Assembly (NCBI GenBank): GCA_018817715.1
Contig: JAHITT010000006.1
Location: 218,804-282,803, forward strand
Length of the DNA stretch: 64,000 nt
Direction: 5' to 3'
Source of the DNA: Patescibacteria group bacterium
Lineage (GTDB): Bacteria; Patescibacteriota; Patescibacteriia; Veblenbacterales; UBA10138
The notes beneath the pieces are model-generated. The model was not told where the DNA came from. It made no database searches and saw only the letters and a program-made list of their open reading frames with translations. The translations under genes were made by a program, and so were the position numbers. Shown here piece after piece: positions 8,301 through 20,014 of the stretch (positions are counted from its first letter, which is position 1; each line of letters opens with the position of its first letter).

Positions 8301-10643
8301 TACTTCGTCAATATTTATATTTATATCTTTTGAATACTTATCCTTATCCAACAAAGAATCAAAAGCTTTTTCTCTAAACTCTAAAGATAATCCCTCAAAT
8401 AAAGAACTTTTTTCTTTAAATAAACGATAAAGTTTATTAACATCACTGCTAGAATAAACATCTACCAAATTAACAAAATATTCATTTTCTATGTCTGGCC
8501 TCAACTGACCTGATATTTCAATCAAAGTTTCAATAGCATAAATACGTAAGTTAATCGACCTAGCAGTGTCTTTTAAAATCTCTTTATATTTATCTAAATT
8601 GCTATTTATAATCTCAATTGACTGTTGGTGGCCACTCCTTTTTATATCTCTTAATTTGGCCCAATTCTTACTTTCAAAAGCTTGTTCAATAATTTTTTCA
8701 CTATGGTTATCTAAACAAATTTTATTTTCCCCAATTAAATTAAAATTGCTAACAAATTTATTTATATTATTATAACCATCGGCATAGTTTATATAATTAC
8801 CCTCTTCAATTATTTTTGTTATAGAATTAATTACTTTATCTCTGGATAAACCAAAAATTTTTATAACCTCTTCAAAATAATTATCGGGTTTATTTTCATA
8901 ATCATTAGATGATAACACCAAATCTACCAACATTTTTTCTATGGCCGTACAAACTTCTTTATCAGCTGTAATAAAAAACTTATGCGTTTCCGGATAATAA
9001 TCATCTATAAACTTTTTAATGTCTTTGGCCTCTTTAAATGATCTTAACCTACTTTCATTACACAAAGCTTTTTTAACAGCCAAAGCTCTAGCCGACTTAT
9101 CTTCAGGTAACCAATCAAGGCTGAATTTACTGTCCATATGTTCCAAATCATCCAAATCAGCTAATTCTATCTTTGATAAATACAACTTTTTCAATCTTTC
9201 TTGGGTTTCCGAATTATTATCATTAAATTTCTCAATATTAAAATTCTTTAAAATCCTTTCAATTACATACTTATGATAATTATAACCAAGCAATTCAATA
9301 ACCCCTTTAACTAAAGCCTGCTTAAATTCTGCCTCGGTAAAACCAGCTTTAATTTTTAAATTATTTAAATTATCATAATTCACCCCGTTCTTATCCCTTA
9401 ACAAAAATTCCACAGCTACTTCAACGACCTTTTTAATTATATTGTCTGGAACGCCAATTTTTTTTAAAACACCAAAAGTATCATCTACCTTAAAATCAAA
9501 AGATAAACTATAAGCAATACCGTTTATAAAATTCTCGGTCTGGCCATAATTATTTATAATATCTAACCAATCTTCTGGTTTAAGAATATCTTGCGATCTC
9601 TCAATACTGTAAAAAATATACTCGTCAGCGCTTTTATCTTTTATTCTATCAATAAGATATTCTTTTTCCCTTAACCGTCTTTTTTCTCTTAACTCCTTAA
9701 AATCAAATTGATTTTCTTTAAGGGAAAAATAATTCAACAATCTTTCATCTTTATAACCCTCATTATTAATATAAGAATCTTCAAACTTATTAACGGCAGC
9801 TATTTTGGCTTTGTCAGAAGATAAAAAATCGTCAATGAATTTATAATGCTTTCTTAATTTATCACAGTCTTCTTGATTACTTATTTTTTCTCTCACTAAT
9901 TGATTTATAACAGATTGTTCGAATTCTTCTTCGGTAATATTAAAAATCTTCTTGTAATCCCCCAAAACATCTCGCTCATAATCATTATTTCCTCTAAACC
10001 AAAAAACATTATGCACTAATCCTTTTAAAGCCTTAGCTTTTATCTCTGGCAAATCAGCCTTGATACCAGAAGATTTAAAATCTCCAAAATTAATTTCTTC
10101 AATTGATTTTTCTCTACTTAAATTTTTTTCCCTATCCTCTTTTATATAACCATAATCATCTCTATTAATCCTGTCCTTATCATTAATAAGTTCGCCGTAC
10201 TCAATCCTATGCAACCAATTACTCTGCTTAAAGTTATTAAATAAATCGCTTTTAAAAAAAGCGTCGTCTATATCATAATATTTTTTAAAATCTAAAAGAA
10301 TGCCTTTATAACCACTAAGTCCATCTCCCGTCTTTAACATCCTTTCTACCTGTTTAACAACTAAATTCTTAACGTAATCTGATTTTATAACTTCTGGGGG
10401 AAATTTCTCAGCATAATCATTAATAGCATAAAGATTCGGGCGTAAAGAAGCTTTGTCTTCTTCGGTATAATTCAAATATTTAATGTATTTTCTAAGTTCT
10501 AACCTATCAGCTGGGGACAAATCAAAAGAATACAAGAAATCTTTTTCTTTCTTGCATTCTATATCTTTATTAAAATCTAGTTCCTCTTGTAAATCAGAAG
10601 GGTTATTTTTTATTGTTTCTTTACTAACCCCGTCCTTAAACAT
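5394..10643 (-). CDS. Giant hypothetical protein (1749 aa), acidic, K/E/D/N/I-rich, predicted soluble and alpha-helical, no recognizable domain
   Basis: Uninterrupted 5.25-kb ORF. Its ATG (10643-10641) lies 3 nt after the gyrB stop (10649-10647), so it is translationally coupled to gyrB. No Walker, HExxH, Cys-cluster or TM motifs detected by eye. Its GC is clearly lower than flanking gyrB/pheT. Confidence 0.7.
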   Translation of the reverse strand: MFKDGVSKETIKNNPSDLQEELDFNKDIECKKEKDFLYSFDLSPADRLELRKYIKYLNYTEEDKASLRPNLYAINDYAEKFPPEVIKSDYVKNLVVKQVERMLKTGDGLSGYKGILLDFKKYYDIDDAFFKSDLFNNFKQSNWLHRIEYGELINDKDRINRDDYGYIKEDREKNLSREKSIEEINFGDFKSSGIKADLPEIKAKALKGLVHNVFWFRGNNDYERDVLGDYKKIFNITEEEFEQSVINQLVREKISNQEDCDKLRKHYKFIDDFLSSDKAKIAAVNKFEDSYINNEGYKDERLLNYFSLKENQFDFKELREKRRLREKEYLIDRIKDKSADEYIFYSIERSQDILKPEDWLDIINNYGQTENFINGIAYSLSFDFKVDDTFGVLKKIGVPDNIIKKVVEVAVEFLLRDKNGVNYDNLNNLKIKAGFTEAEFKQALVKGVIELLGYNYHKYVIERILKNFNIEKFNDNNSETQERLKKLYLSKIELADLDDLEHMDSKFSLDWLPEDKSARALAVKKALCNESRLRSFKEAKDIKKFIDDYYPETHKFFITADKEVCTAIEKMLVDLVLSSNDYENKPDNYFEEVIKIFGLSRDKVINSITKIIEEGNYINYADGYNNINKFVSNFNLIGENKICLDNHSEKIIEQAFESKNWAKLRDIKRSGHQQSIEIINSNLDKYKEILKDTARSINLRIYAIETLIEISGQLRPDIENEYFVNLVDVYSSSDVNKLYRLFKEKSSLFEGLSLEFREKAFDSLLDKDKYSKDININIDEVKQKILESKIVVFLNNGQLDKAVDTRGYNKLVTGLRQADNSGLLVPSDLYDFLYGKLTDQEEKDVLVKTPVEFINNLKSIWDGYRNNQILKTVANNPEKINVIKDIINLIDKDILMDNWLWIYDSLKECSVQELEIRTGIINKLKSHIKYFGNSYSIQELYEILIDYSPEKCEQVLQIPGLEGQQKVDFQDNEWPAGLYSYIDVAEQENKLNLTSENKTRILNLFNSDYKDAAFGSMHKEWIEFLKGDNKIVPLNLLAVTNFIDQMGGAGTLKYVESLGNLVYQFNVVSRSKSTASRTIKEIKELLTNQENRMNRERWPQDDKAEFYNLSHDIIEAAPSLYTTFESLFAELSAKEMKIVLTELLPLYQAQLIILQKIDDEGEPSYQAKDLVGVRLTIRELVNNLKNSPKEKADCLSAEKVRLVEVVKNSFKERFGIINVPENFTKEHIRSVHNCVRYIGNINNRNETKEALVALFLGLELNSKWSDFRENKAIILEEYLSDKQIKLVKPILENKTKIASLSLEVAGISLDKAEEFQQLLQEEVMSSIVGSIETVDIKLGNIKRNIDELADPDIYPDKLDKEIMRILQIEGRQVGAVLAKVYGSLDGKDITLDDKEKALQARLAEILGIGGWTKEKIKQTQDKLQPFSLVSNMISKMQEEGVERNINELGERLTPSQKIIEIFNRLGESFTQTSGALALGKDIIYLENLVVKDENKISLEEKKEVNNYLSSIKEKMKDLEITLDKVKEYFIKIKKSSHLENHELLKKRLADIEKIVFSESTNTMVVSHLTKDLNLIIENMRQCLGCLRKEINNDTNLAFGDSNKFFIINQTEKDKGSISDEIVFFVPTKDTAGNQEMSFVMDRVYGSKSPDILISNIISIVKKYKSIKKEIPEAKISVSVSQEAMSSVGLDAALLNKRLQSVLPDIKVSESVQDLVADIPKSSFSDNYVEFGNGSSREHGERKFSGSIIR

Positions 10644-10646
10644 AAA

Positions 10647-12674
<2,028 letters not shown>

Positions 12675-12694
12675 TTATCTATCAAAAAATATAA

Positions 12695-15076
12695 TTAAAT
12701 ATCAAATTTAGCTTTAAATTTTTCCTGCAGTAATTTAACAACCTTCTTTTCCACCATGTCTGCTTCGGTCGAAGTTAAGGTTTTAGCCTGACTACGCAAA
12801 ACAAGTCGCAAAGTCAAAGCATTTTTAAGCTGATAATAACCAAGATAATCCACGCTTTCAATTAATTCATCAGCCTTAATAAGCAAATCATAAATTGTTT
12901 GCCAATTAATTTCTGTCGGATACTCTGCCACATTAAAAGTTATATCCCTATCTATAGCTGGATAGGCTGGAATTTTTTTATACAATACAGTTGCTGTCTC
13001 AGCCGGCAATAAATCTAAATCTATTTCACAAAAAGCCATTGTATAACCAGCTTTTTGAATTTTACCACCCTGAACCACTTTTTTATCTGCTAAAAGTACT
13101 TCGAATCCTTCCAATGAATCCATTTGTTTATTGGCCCATTTAACCAACTCACCTAATTCTACCAAATTAAATATTTTTTTAACTGCCCCTTTTAATTCTT
13201 CAAAAATATCTTTATAGGTCTGTTCTGTTGAGCTAATTAAACAAAGAACTAAATGATGGGATTGAATTTTTGTTATGTCATCTGTTTCTATAGTTTTATT
13301 AAAAACTCGACCCATCTCGTACATTTTTATTATTTTATTTTCACCCAATATTTTAAAATTATTAGTCACTTGGTCTAAAACCAACCCGACTAACATCTGT
13401 CTTAAATAAGGTTGTCCAGCATCTACAGGATTAACTAATTCCAACCTAGCTTCTTTAACAGCTCCTAATAAATCTTTTTCCCCCACAAACGAATAAGTCA
13501 TTGTTTCGTGCCAACCTAACGAAGCTAACAAATCTCTTATTTTCCAGCGCAGTTCTTGTTTAGGATCTTTAGGCGGTGGAGTAATGGGAAACTTAGGTAA
13601 AATTTTAGGCAATTTACCATAGCCATAAATTCTAGCCACTTCTTCCACTAAATCTTCAGGAATCGTTATATCGCGCGTGGCCCTAAAACTGGGCGGCGTA
13701 ACAATTAGTTGGTCCCCTTTATCTTCCACTTTAAATTCCAAACGGCTTAAAATTCCTATAACTTCTGGTTTGCCAATATCGGCTCCTAACCTACGCCACA
13801 GCCATGGTAAAGATAATTCAATTGGTTTTATTTTTATGGGTTTAGGATATTCATCCACCACCCGACTTACCACCTTGGCGCTCGGTATTATTTCCATAAT
13901 CAATTTAACCACTCGGCGCAAAGCTATTTCAGATAATTCTGGATCCAAAGATTTTTCAAATCTAACCGAAGCCTCGGTCCTAAGGCCTAGTTTAGCCGAA
14001 GTTTGCCGAATATTTATAGGTTCAAAATTAGCGCTTTCTAAAACTATGGAAATGGTATTATTATCTACTTCACTATTATTGCTGCCCATTACACCGGCAA
14101 TCGCTATAGCCTTTTTTTTATCAGCAATCACCAGCATATCTTCAGTTAATTTTCTCTCCACACCATCTAAAGTAATTATTGTTTCGCCTGACTTAGCCGG
14201 GCGCACTAAAATATCCGGACTGGCTAGTTTGGCTAAATCAAAAGCATGCAAAGGCTGCCCCAATTCCAATAAAACATAATTGGTAATATCCACAATATTA
14301 TTTACAGACCGCACACCTAAACAAGTTAAAATTTGTTTAAGCCATTTGGGTGACGGACCGACTTTTAAACCAGACATTACCACGCCCAAATAACGCTTAG
14401 CTTTGGCTTTATCTTTAAGACTAACCCTTAAAGCTACTTCTTTAACTGTTGACTCTATTGCTGGCGGCTCGGGTAAATTAAAAGGCACCTGCCAAATAGC
14501 GCTAAGTTCTCTAGCTAAGCCAACATGCCCCCACAAATCCGGCCGATGGGTTAAAGATTTATTTTCTATATCTAAAATAACATCATCATAAGCCAAAGCT
14601 TCTGCTAGCGGCGTACCTGGTTTAGCTTCCAAATCTGTTAAATCCATAATACCCTGCTCCACTGCCTGATCATCGGGTAAAGCTAACTCCTCGGCCGCGC
14701 AGGCCATGCCTTGGCTAGTCTGACCCCGAATAACTGCTTCTTCCAATTTTATAAAATCGCCTTGGCCATGCCACTTTACCATGGCACCAGGTTTGGCTAA
14801 GGCCACTTTCATACCTTGACGCAAATTCACCCCGCCGCAAACTATAGTTACGGATTCTTTACCAATATCCACTTGAGCCATTTTTAATTTGTCTGCCTGA
14901 GGGTGGCTATAAACTTCCGTTACCTGCCCCACCACCACGTTTTGCAATCTTTGCGACTGATTAACCACCTCTTCTACTTCCACCACGCTCATAGTTAAAG
15001 CCTCCATTAATTCCTGATCGGATAATGGTTTGGGTGGTTGAACAAATTTTTGCAATAATTGCCAGGAAATTAACAT
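12695..15076 (-). CDS. pheT: Phenylalanine--tRNA ligase beta subunit
   Basis: 793 aa. N-terminal tRNA-binding domain (VVGQVTEVYSHPQADKLKMAQVDIG), B3/4 and B5 regions, C-terminal anticodon-binding-like domain. Directly downstream of pheS. Confidence 0.9.
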   Translation of the reverse strand: MLISWQLLQKFVQPPKPLSDQELMEALTMSVVEVEEVVNQSQRLQNVVVGQVTEVYSHPQADKLKMAQVDIGKESVTIVCGGVNLRQGMKVALAKPGAMVKWHGQGDFIKLEEAVIRGQTSQGMACAAEELALPDDQAVEQGIMDLTDLEAKPGTPLAEALAYDDVILDIENKSLTHRPDLWGHVGLARELSAIWQVPFNLPEPPAIESTVKEVALRVSLKDKAKAKRYLGVVMSGLKVGPSPKWLKQILTCLGVRSVNNIVDITNYVLLELGQPLHAFDLAKLASPDILVRPAKSGETIITLDGVERKLTEDMLVIADKKKAIAIAGVMGSNNSEVDNNTISIVLESANFEPINIRQTSAKLGLRTEASVRFEKSLDPELSEIALRRVVKLIMEIIPSAKVVSRVVDEYPKPIKIKPIELSLPWLWRRLGADIGKPEVIGILSRLEFKVEDKGDQLIVTPPSFRATRDITIPEDLVEEVARIYGYGKLPKILPKFPITPPPKDPKQELRWKIRDLLASLGWHETMTYSFVGEKDLLGAVKEARLELVNPVDAGQPYLRQMLVGLVLDQVTNNFKILGENKIIKMYEMGRVFNKTIETDDITKIQSHHLVLCLISSTEQTYKDIFEELKGAVKKIFNLVELGELVKWANKQMDSLEGFEVLLADKKVVQGGKIQKAGYTMAFCEIDLDLLPAETATVLYKKIPAYPAIDRDITFNVAEYPTEINWQTIYDLLIKADELIESVDYLGYYQLKNALTLRLVLRSQAKTLTSTEADMVEKKVVKLLQEKFKAKFDI

Positions 15077-15091
15077 GTTATAAAAACAAAA

Positions 15092-16132
15092 TTAAAATTG
15101 TTTTAAAAATCTTAAATCACCGCTTAAAAATAATCTAATATCATCTATTTTATAACGCATCATAGCTAAACGAGATAAACCTAAACCAAAGGCCAAACCC
15201 GAATACTTTTTAGGATCAATACCGCCGGCCTTTAAAACATTAGGATGAACCAAACCACAAGGCAAAAGCTCTACCCAACCGCGCTGTTTACACACACTAC
15301 AACCTTGCCCGGCACAAATAAAACATCTGATATCCAATTCAAAGCCGGGCTCCACAAAAGGAAAATAACCCGGCCTAAGCCGAACCTCTACCTGACGTTT
15401 AAAAATACCAGCCAATAATTCAGACATAACAGCCACTAAATTAGCAATGGAAATATCGGTATCTATAACCAAACCTTCCATTTGCCAAAAAGTATGCTCG
15501 TGCGAAGCATCAGTAGCTTCGTACCTAAAAACTCGCCCCGGCACCACGGCTCTAAGTGGTGCTCCGTATTCCTTCATGGCCCGAATTTGCACCGGCGAAG
15601 TATGTGTCCTTAATAACCAACGATTAACTGGCTGACCGCCTTTAACATAAAAAGTATCTTGGGTATCGCGCGCCGGATGCCAAGCAGGAATATTAAGTGC
15701 TTCAAAATTATGATATTCGTCTTCCAACTCCGGACCATCCAATACCCTAAAACCCATAGACCTAAAAATATCTTCCAAGTCCCTTTGCACCTGCATTAGT
15801 GGATGAATTGAACCTACTGGCAATTTTTTACCCGGCACAGTTACATCAATTGCTGATTTATCTAAAGATTCACCAGTTAAGCCCTGAAGTAATCCCTGAT
15901 AAGCTGTTTGCAATTCATTTTTTATCTGATTAGCTAATTGACCTAAAACCGGCTTTTCTTTTTCTATAGTGTCTTGGAGTAATTTTAAAAGATGACTTAA
16001 TTCACCCTTACGACCTAAATATTTTTGTCGCCAAACTTCCACCTCGGCCGAGGATTTTATTTTAGCCACTTCTTGAAGAGCAGTCTCTTTTAATAATAAA
16101 AAATTATCGCGTAAGGACACAATTTTAATCAC
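15092..16132 (-). CDS. pheS: Phenylalanine--tRNA ligase alpha subunit
   Basis: 346 aa, class II core: FRVLDGPELEDEYHNFEALNIPAWHPARDTQDTFY, motif 2/3 (GLAFGLGLSRLAMM). Confidence 0.9.
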   Translation of the reverse strand: MIKIVSLRDNFLLLKETALQEVAKIKSSAEVEVWRQKYLGRKGELSHLLKLLQDTIEKEKPVLGQLANQIKNELQTAYQGLLQGLTGESLDKSAIDVTVPGKKLPVGSIHPLMQVQRDLEDIFRSMGFRVLDGPELEDEYHNFEALNIPAWHPARDTQDTFYVKGGQPVNRWLLRTHTSPVQIRAMKEYGAPLRAVVPGRVFRYEATDASHEHTFWQMEGLVIDTDISIANLVAVMSELLAGIFKRQVEVRLRPGYFPFVEPGFELDIRCFICAGQGCSVCKQRGWVELLPCGLVHPNVLKAGGIDPKKYSGLAFGLGLSRLAMMRYKIDDIRLFLSGDLRFLKQF

Positions 16133-16514
16133 TAACCGTCGAGCGGCGGCCGGTTAAAGCCAAAAATTCCAATAAACTTAAAGTCAAAATCAACAATAAT
16201 AAATTCCACCAAGTAAGCAAACCATTAACTTGCAAAAATAAAGAAATAATAACTATAACCGACAACCACACAGCTTGCCTAAAAGAAACCGAAATCTGTC
16301 TGAATAAAACCTCATCTTGGCGCCTAAAATAACGCCAAGTAAACCCCAACAAGGTTAAACTACCAACTAAACTTAAAAATAAAGCCAAATAAAAGAAAAC
16401 CAATCCCATGGTGCCCGCCACCTCGGGATTAAGATAATTTATGACCAGGAGAAAAGCACCCCAGGAAACAAGGGTGCCTAACGACATCCATATAAGATAA
16501 TACTTAAGCTTCAT
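16125..16514 (-). CDS. Hypothetical 4-TM membrane protein
   Basis: 129 aa with four hydrophobic helices. Overlaps the pheS start by 8 nt (likely co-transcribed). Confidence 0.5.
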   Translation of the reverse strand: MKLKYYLIWMSLGTLVSWGAFLLVINYLNPEVAGTMGLVFFYLALFLSLVGSLTLLGFTWRYFRRQDEVLFRQISVSFRQAVWLSVIVIISLFLQVNGLLTWWNLLLLILTLSLLEFLALTGRRSTVSD

Positions 16515-16629
16515 ATTTGGCTAAAAATGCGAAAAAAGTATCTAAAGAACACTACTTAATTATAGCATGTTTTAGGCTTTGTTACAAGCTATGATTAAGT
16601 AACTAAAATTAGTTGCTTTATGGCTAAAA

Positions 16630-16926
16630 TTAGGCAAAAATCCTTAATCGATAAACCTTACCATTAAGCTTAGATCTTAAACTGTCTATAATATCAATTT
16701 CTAACATTCTTAATTCACTAGCCAAGCCGGGCGAAGACAAAGAAACTTCCAAAGTATCACCCCTTAAAACAGCTCGGCGAACCGCCTCAGCCGCGCTTTT
16801 ACCAAAGCGAGTAGCCACCTCTTGTTTAAAGGCCTCCGCCACCATAGAAGCCTCTACCGCACCAGCCACTCCTTGCTGACGCAGTCTATCGGCTAATAAT
16901 TTCTTAATTTCTTGAAACATAATCAA
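16630..16926 (-). CDS. DUF721/DciA-like small protein
   Basis: 98 aa. ...GDTLEVSLSSPGLASELRMLEIDIIDSLRSKLNGKVYRLRI resembles the conserved core of DUF721 proteins usually found near gyrB/recF. Assignment is by pattern memory only. Confidence 0.4.
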   Translation of the reverse strand: MIMFQEIKKLLADRLRQQGVAGAVEASMVAEAFKQEVATRFGKSAAEAVRRAVLRGDTLEVSLSSPGLASELRMLEIDIIDSLRSKLNGKVYRLRIFA

Positions 16927-16951
16927 TTAAAAAAGACTATCTCTTATCGTT

Positions 16952-19948
16952 TTAAGATAACCCTATTTTACGATAATGACAATCATGATTTATTTTTTCA
17001 TCTAACTGGGCAAAAGAATCATTTTTTATAGTGGCCACAACAGAATCAATCAAAGTTACATATTCTTCTTTAAAAGAACTAAGCTGTTTAGGGCTAGCCA
17101 AAAAGAGTTCAGTTAATTTATCGGGCTCTAAATACCAATACTGCCCACCGACTACTTTTTCCTTTAAAAAACTTTCAGCTGCCAACTGATAAATTATCAA
17201 TTGATCGCGATCTACTTTTTCTAAATTTTTTATAGCGCTACCACCAGTTTTATAATCAATAATCACCACCCCATCGTCCACCCGATCCAAACGATCTATT
17301 TTACCAGTAAATTTATAAGGCCCCATACCCACTTTAAACATTTTTTCTAAATATTTAAGGTGAGGTTTGGTTTTTAAAAAATTTTGATAAAAATTATCCA
17401 ACTGTTTGGGACCGCGCTGATTTCGATATTTTTCTTTATCTGTCTTATTATCATACCAATCATCTATCCAAGATTGCTGGTAATAATCCAATAATTGCTG
17501 CTTGGTTGGCAAAGCCGCTGGGGTAACTTTTCCTTGGGAAAACAAATCGCCCTGCTGTAAACCTTGACTTTGCCTATAAAAACGCAAAAACTTTTCCAAA
17601 GTATTATGAATTGTTATACCAAAACTCATAGCCCCAGAACCTGGCAAAGGTAAATTAAATAAATATTTATATTTGTATTCCAAGGGACACTTTCTAAAGG
17701 TAGACAAAGAACTGAAAGAATGACTTTTGGGCAAACGATAAGTTGCTTTGTTTAAACCAGCTAAATTAACCACCTCTAAGCTTTTATCTAAAGTTTTATT
17801 AATTACTTGTTTAGTCGGTTCAATTAACCCCAATTCATAAAGAAAACAAGAAGGCTTACGAACAATTTTACCAAAGTAATCCTTAGCCTGGGTTAAAAAA
17901 ACTCCCTGCTTGGCCCTGGTTAAAGCTACATAAAATAAACGCCTTTCTTCCTGCAAATGCACATCCCCGTCCGGTAAAGTTTCTTTAATAAATTCCACGG
18001 GCAAAGCAATTGATTCCCGCCGCTGAGTACTGGGAAATCGACGATCAATCAGTTGAACAACAAAAACATACTTCCATTCCAAACCTTTAGCCGAGTGAAC
18101 AGTAATTACTTTAACCGTATCGGGACCTTCTTCATAATCAGCTGGCAATTCGCCTTCTTCCCCGGCTTCTATTTCCAAAGACAAATAATTCAAAAAACCA
18201 ATTAAGGATTTGTCGCTACTAGCTTCTTCAAAATTTTGTAACCGCTTATAAAAAGTGCCCAATAAAGTAGCTTCCCGTTCTGGGGAATCTATTTTAGCTA
18301 AACGGGTATTATAACCTAAATCATTTACTAAATTAACATATAGCTCGGCCACGCTTTTTTGTTTAGCTAAAGAACTGTGTTTGGCTAAAACGTCTAATAA
18401 GTTTTGGCAAATTGTTTCGGCTGCCGAACTTAAAGACAAGGTTTGCCTAACCTCTACAGCTTGGTACAAAGAAATCGTTTTCTTCTTGGTATAGGACAAA
18501 AGTATAGCCAAGTCGGCTGGCGGCAAAGAAAAAAACTGAATAGTTAAAACACGATACAAAGATTCACTGTCTTGATAATTACCTAACAACCTTAAATAAC
18601 TAATAATTTCTAAAATAATCGGCTCTTGATACAAACCCTTGCTGGCCACATAATCAAAAGGCAACTGACTAGCTTTTAATTGTCGTAAAAAAACACCAGC
18701 CGAAGAATTGGCCCTGACTAATATGGCAAAATCACTCCAATTAATCTGCTCCTGCTTTTTTAAGTCTAATATTTTTTTAACCACCCCCTTAGCCTCATCA
18801 TCGGCCGTCATAAAACTTAAATATTCTATATGACCTTTATCCAGACTGACGGATTTTAATTTTTTAGAAAATTTAGTTGTTTTATTACTTAATTTAGCCT
18901 CCAATCGATAAGGGTTATTTAACTGAATAAACTTATAAGCCAAATCCAAAATATTTTGTCGGCTACGATAATTGGTATTTAAAAATACTTCTTTAGATTT
19001 AGGATAATCCTTTTTAAATTCTAAAATATTAGACAAAGAAGCGCCTCGAAATTTATAAATAGACTGATCGTCGTCACCAACCATAGTTATATTCTGATGG
19101 GCGGCTAGTAACTTAATTAATTCATATTGAGAATGATTGGTATCCTGAAACTCATCCACCAAAATATACTTAAACTTTTTTTGAAAATATTCCAAAACTT
19201 TTGGCCGCCTCTTAAATAACTTAAGGGTGTAATTAATTAAATCACCAAAATCCAAATAACCCTTAGCCAATAAAAGTTGCTGATAAGTCTGATAAGCTCG
19301 GGCCACCTCCAAAAGTCGAGCCGCTTCCGCTTCATCGCCGGAATTTTGCTCATTAACAGTTTTTATTTTTTGTTTTTTAATTTTTGTTTTTTTGGCCTTT
19401 TTTAAATACTCTACTGAACCACTGTCTAAAACCCTATTCTGAGCTAAGTCCAAATATTGCTCCGGCCAAATTTCTTCATCCTTGGCCCGAGAAAAATGCT
19501 GCAATAAAGCATGAATAAATCTGGTAGGGTTACCCAAAGGGCGATAATAATCCAAATTAAACTTATCCAAATTATTCCTAACCAAAATCCACTGCTCAGT
19601 CTGATTTAACAATTTAAAATCACTCGGCAAGCCTATTTCCAAAGCGTAATCTTTTAATACTCTCTCAGCAAAAGCATGAAAAGTCATTAACCAAACATCC
19701 ACATAACCCAAAGGCAATAACTTATCTACTCTTTCTTCGGTTTCCAAAGCTGCCTTGTCGGTAAAAGTTAAAGCTAAAATTTCATCTGATTTAGCTAAGC
19801 CCTGCTGAATTAACCAAGCCACTCGCTTAGTAATAACAGTTGTTTTACCCGTACCGGCCCCGGCCACAATTAACAACGGGCCGGACTTATGAGTTACCGC
19901 TTCAATTTGCTGATTATTTAAACCCACTAATAATTGATTATCAGACAT
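16952..19948 (-). CDS. ATP-dependent DNA helicase, UvrD/PcrA (SF1) family, with C-terminal PD-(D/E)XK RecB-like nuclease domain
   Basis: 998 aa. Walker A LIVAGAGTGKTT, motif II VDEFQDT, motif VI-like region. The C-terminal approx. 250 aa carry a Cys-containing Cas4/RecB-like nuclease pattern (CPLEYKYKYL...GKIDRLDRVDDGVVIIDYKTG...QLIIY...CHY). Confidence 0.8.
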   Translation of the reverse strand: MSDNQLLVGLNNQQIEAVTHKSGPLLIVAGAGTGKTTVITKRVAWLIQQGLAKSDEILALTFTDKAALETEERVDKLLPLGYVDVWLMTFHAFAERVLKDYALEIGLPSDFKLLNQTEQWILVRNNLDKFNLDYYRPLGNPTRFIHALLQHFSRAKDEEIWPEQYLDLAQNRVLDSGSVEYLKKAKKTKIKKQKIKTVNEQNSGDEAEAARLLEVARAYQTYQQLLLAKGYLDFGDLINYTLKLFKRRPKVLEYFQKKFKYILVDEFQDTNHSQYELIKLLAAHQNITMVGDDDQSIYKFRGASLSNILEFKKDYPKSKEVFLNTNYRSRQNILDLAYKFIQLNNPYRLEAKLSNKTTKFSKKLKSVSLDKGHIEYLSFMTADDEAKGVVKKILDLKKQEQINWSDFAILVRANSSAGVFLRQLKASQLPFDYVASKGLYQEPIILEIISYLRLLGNYQDSESLYRVLTIQFFSLPPADLAILLSYTKKKTISLYQAVEVRQTLSLSSAAETICQNLLDVLAKHSSLAKQKSVAELYVNLVNDLGYNTRLAKIDSPEREATLLGTFYKRLQNFEEASSDKSLIGFLNYLSLEIEAGEEGELPADYEEGPDTVKVITVHSAKGLEWKYVFVVQLIDRRFPSTQRRESIALPVEFIKETLPDGDVHLQEERRLFYVALTRAKQGVFLTQAKDYFGKIVRKPSCFLYELGLIEPTKQVINKTLDKSLEVVNLAGLNKATYRLPKSHSFSSLSTFRKCPLEYKYKYLFNLPLPGSGAMSFGITIHNTLEKFLRFYRQSQGLQQGDLFSQGKVTPAALPTKQQLLDYYQQSWIDDWYDNKTDKEKYRNQRGPKQLDNFYQNFLKTKPHLKYLEKMFKVGMGPYKFTGKIDRLDRVDDGVVIIDYKTGGSAIKNLEKVDRDQLIIYQLAAESFLKEKVVGGQYWYLEPDKLTELFLASPKQLSSFKEEYVTLIDSVVATIKNDSFAQLDEKINHDCHYRKIGLS

Positions 19949-20014
19949 TATTTATTATAAAAAACTGTGCCACTCCTGTAGTGTAACACAGCCAAAAATA
20001 TATTTTAATGGCAA

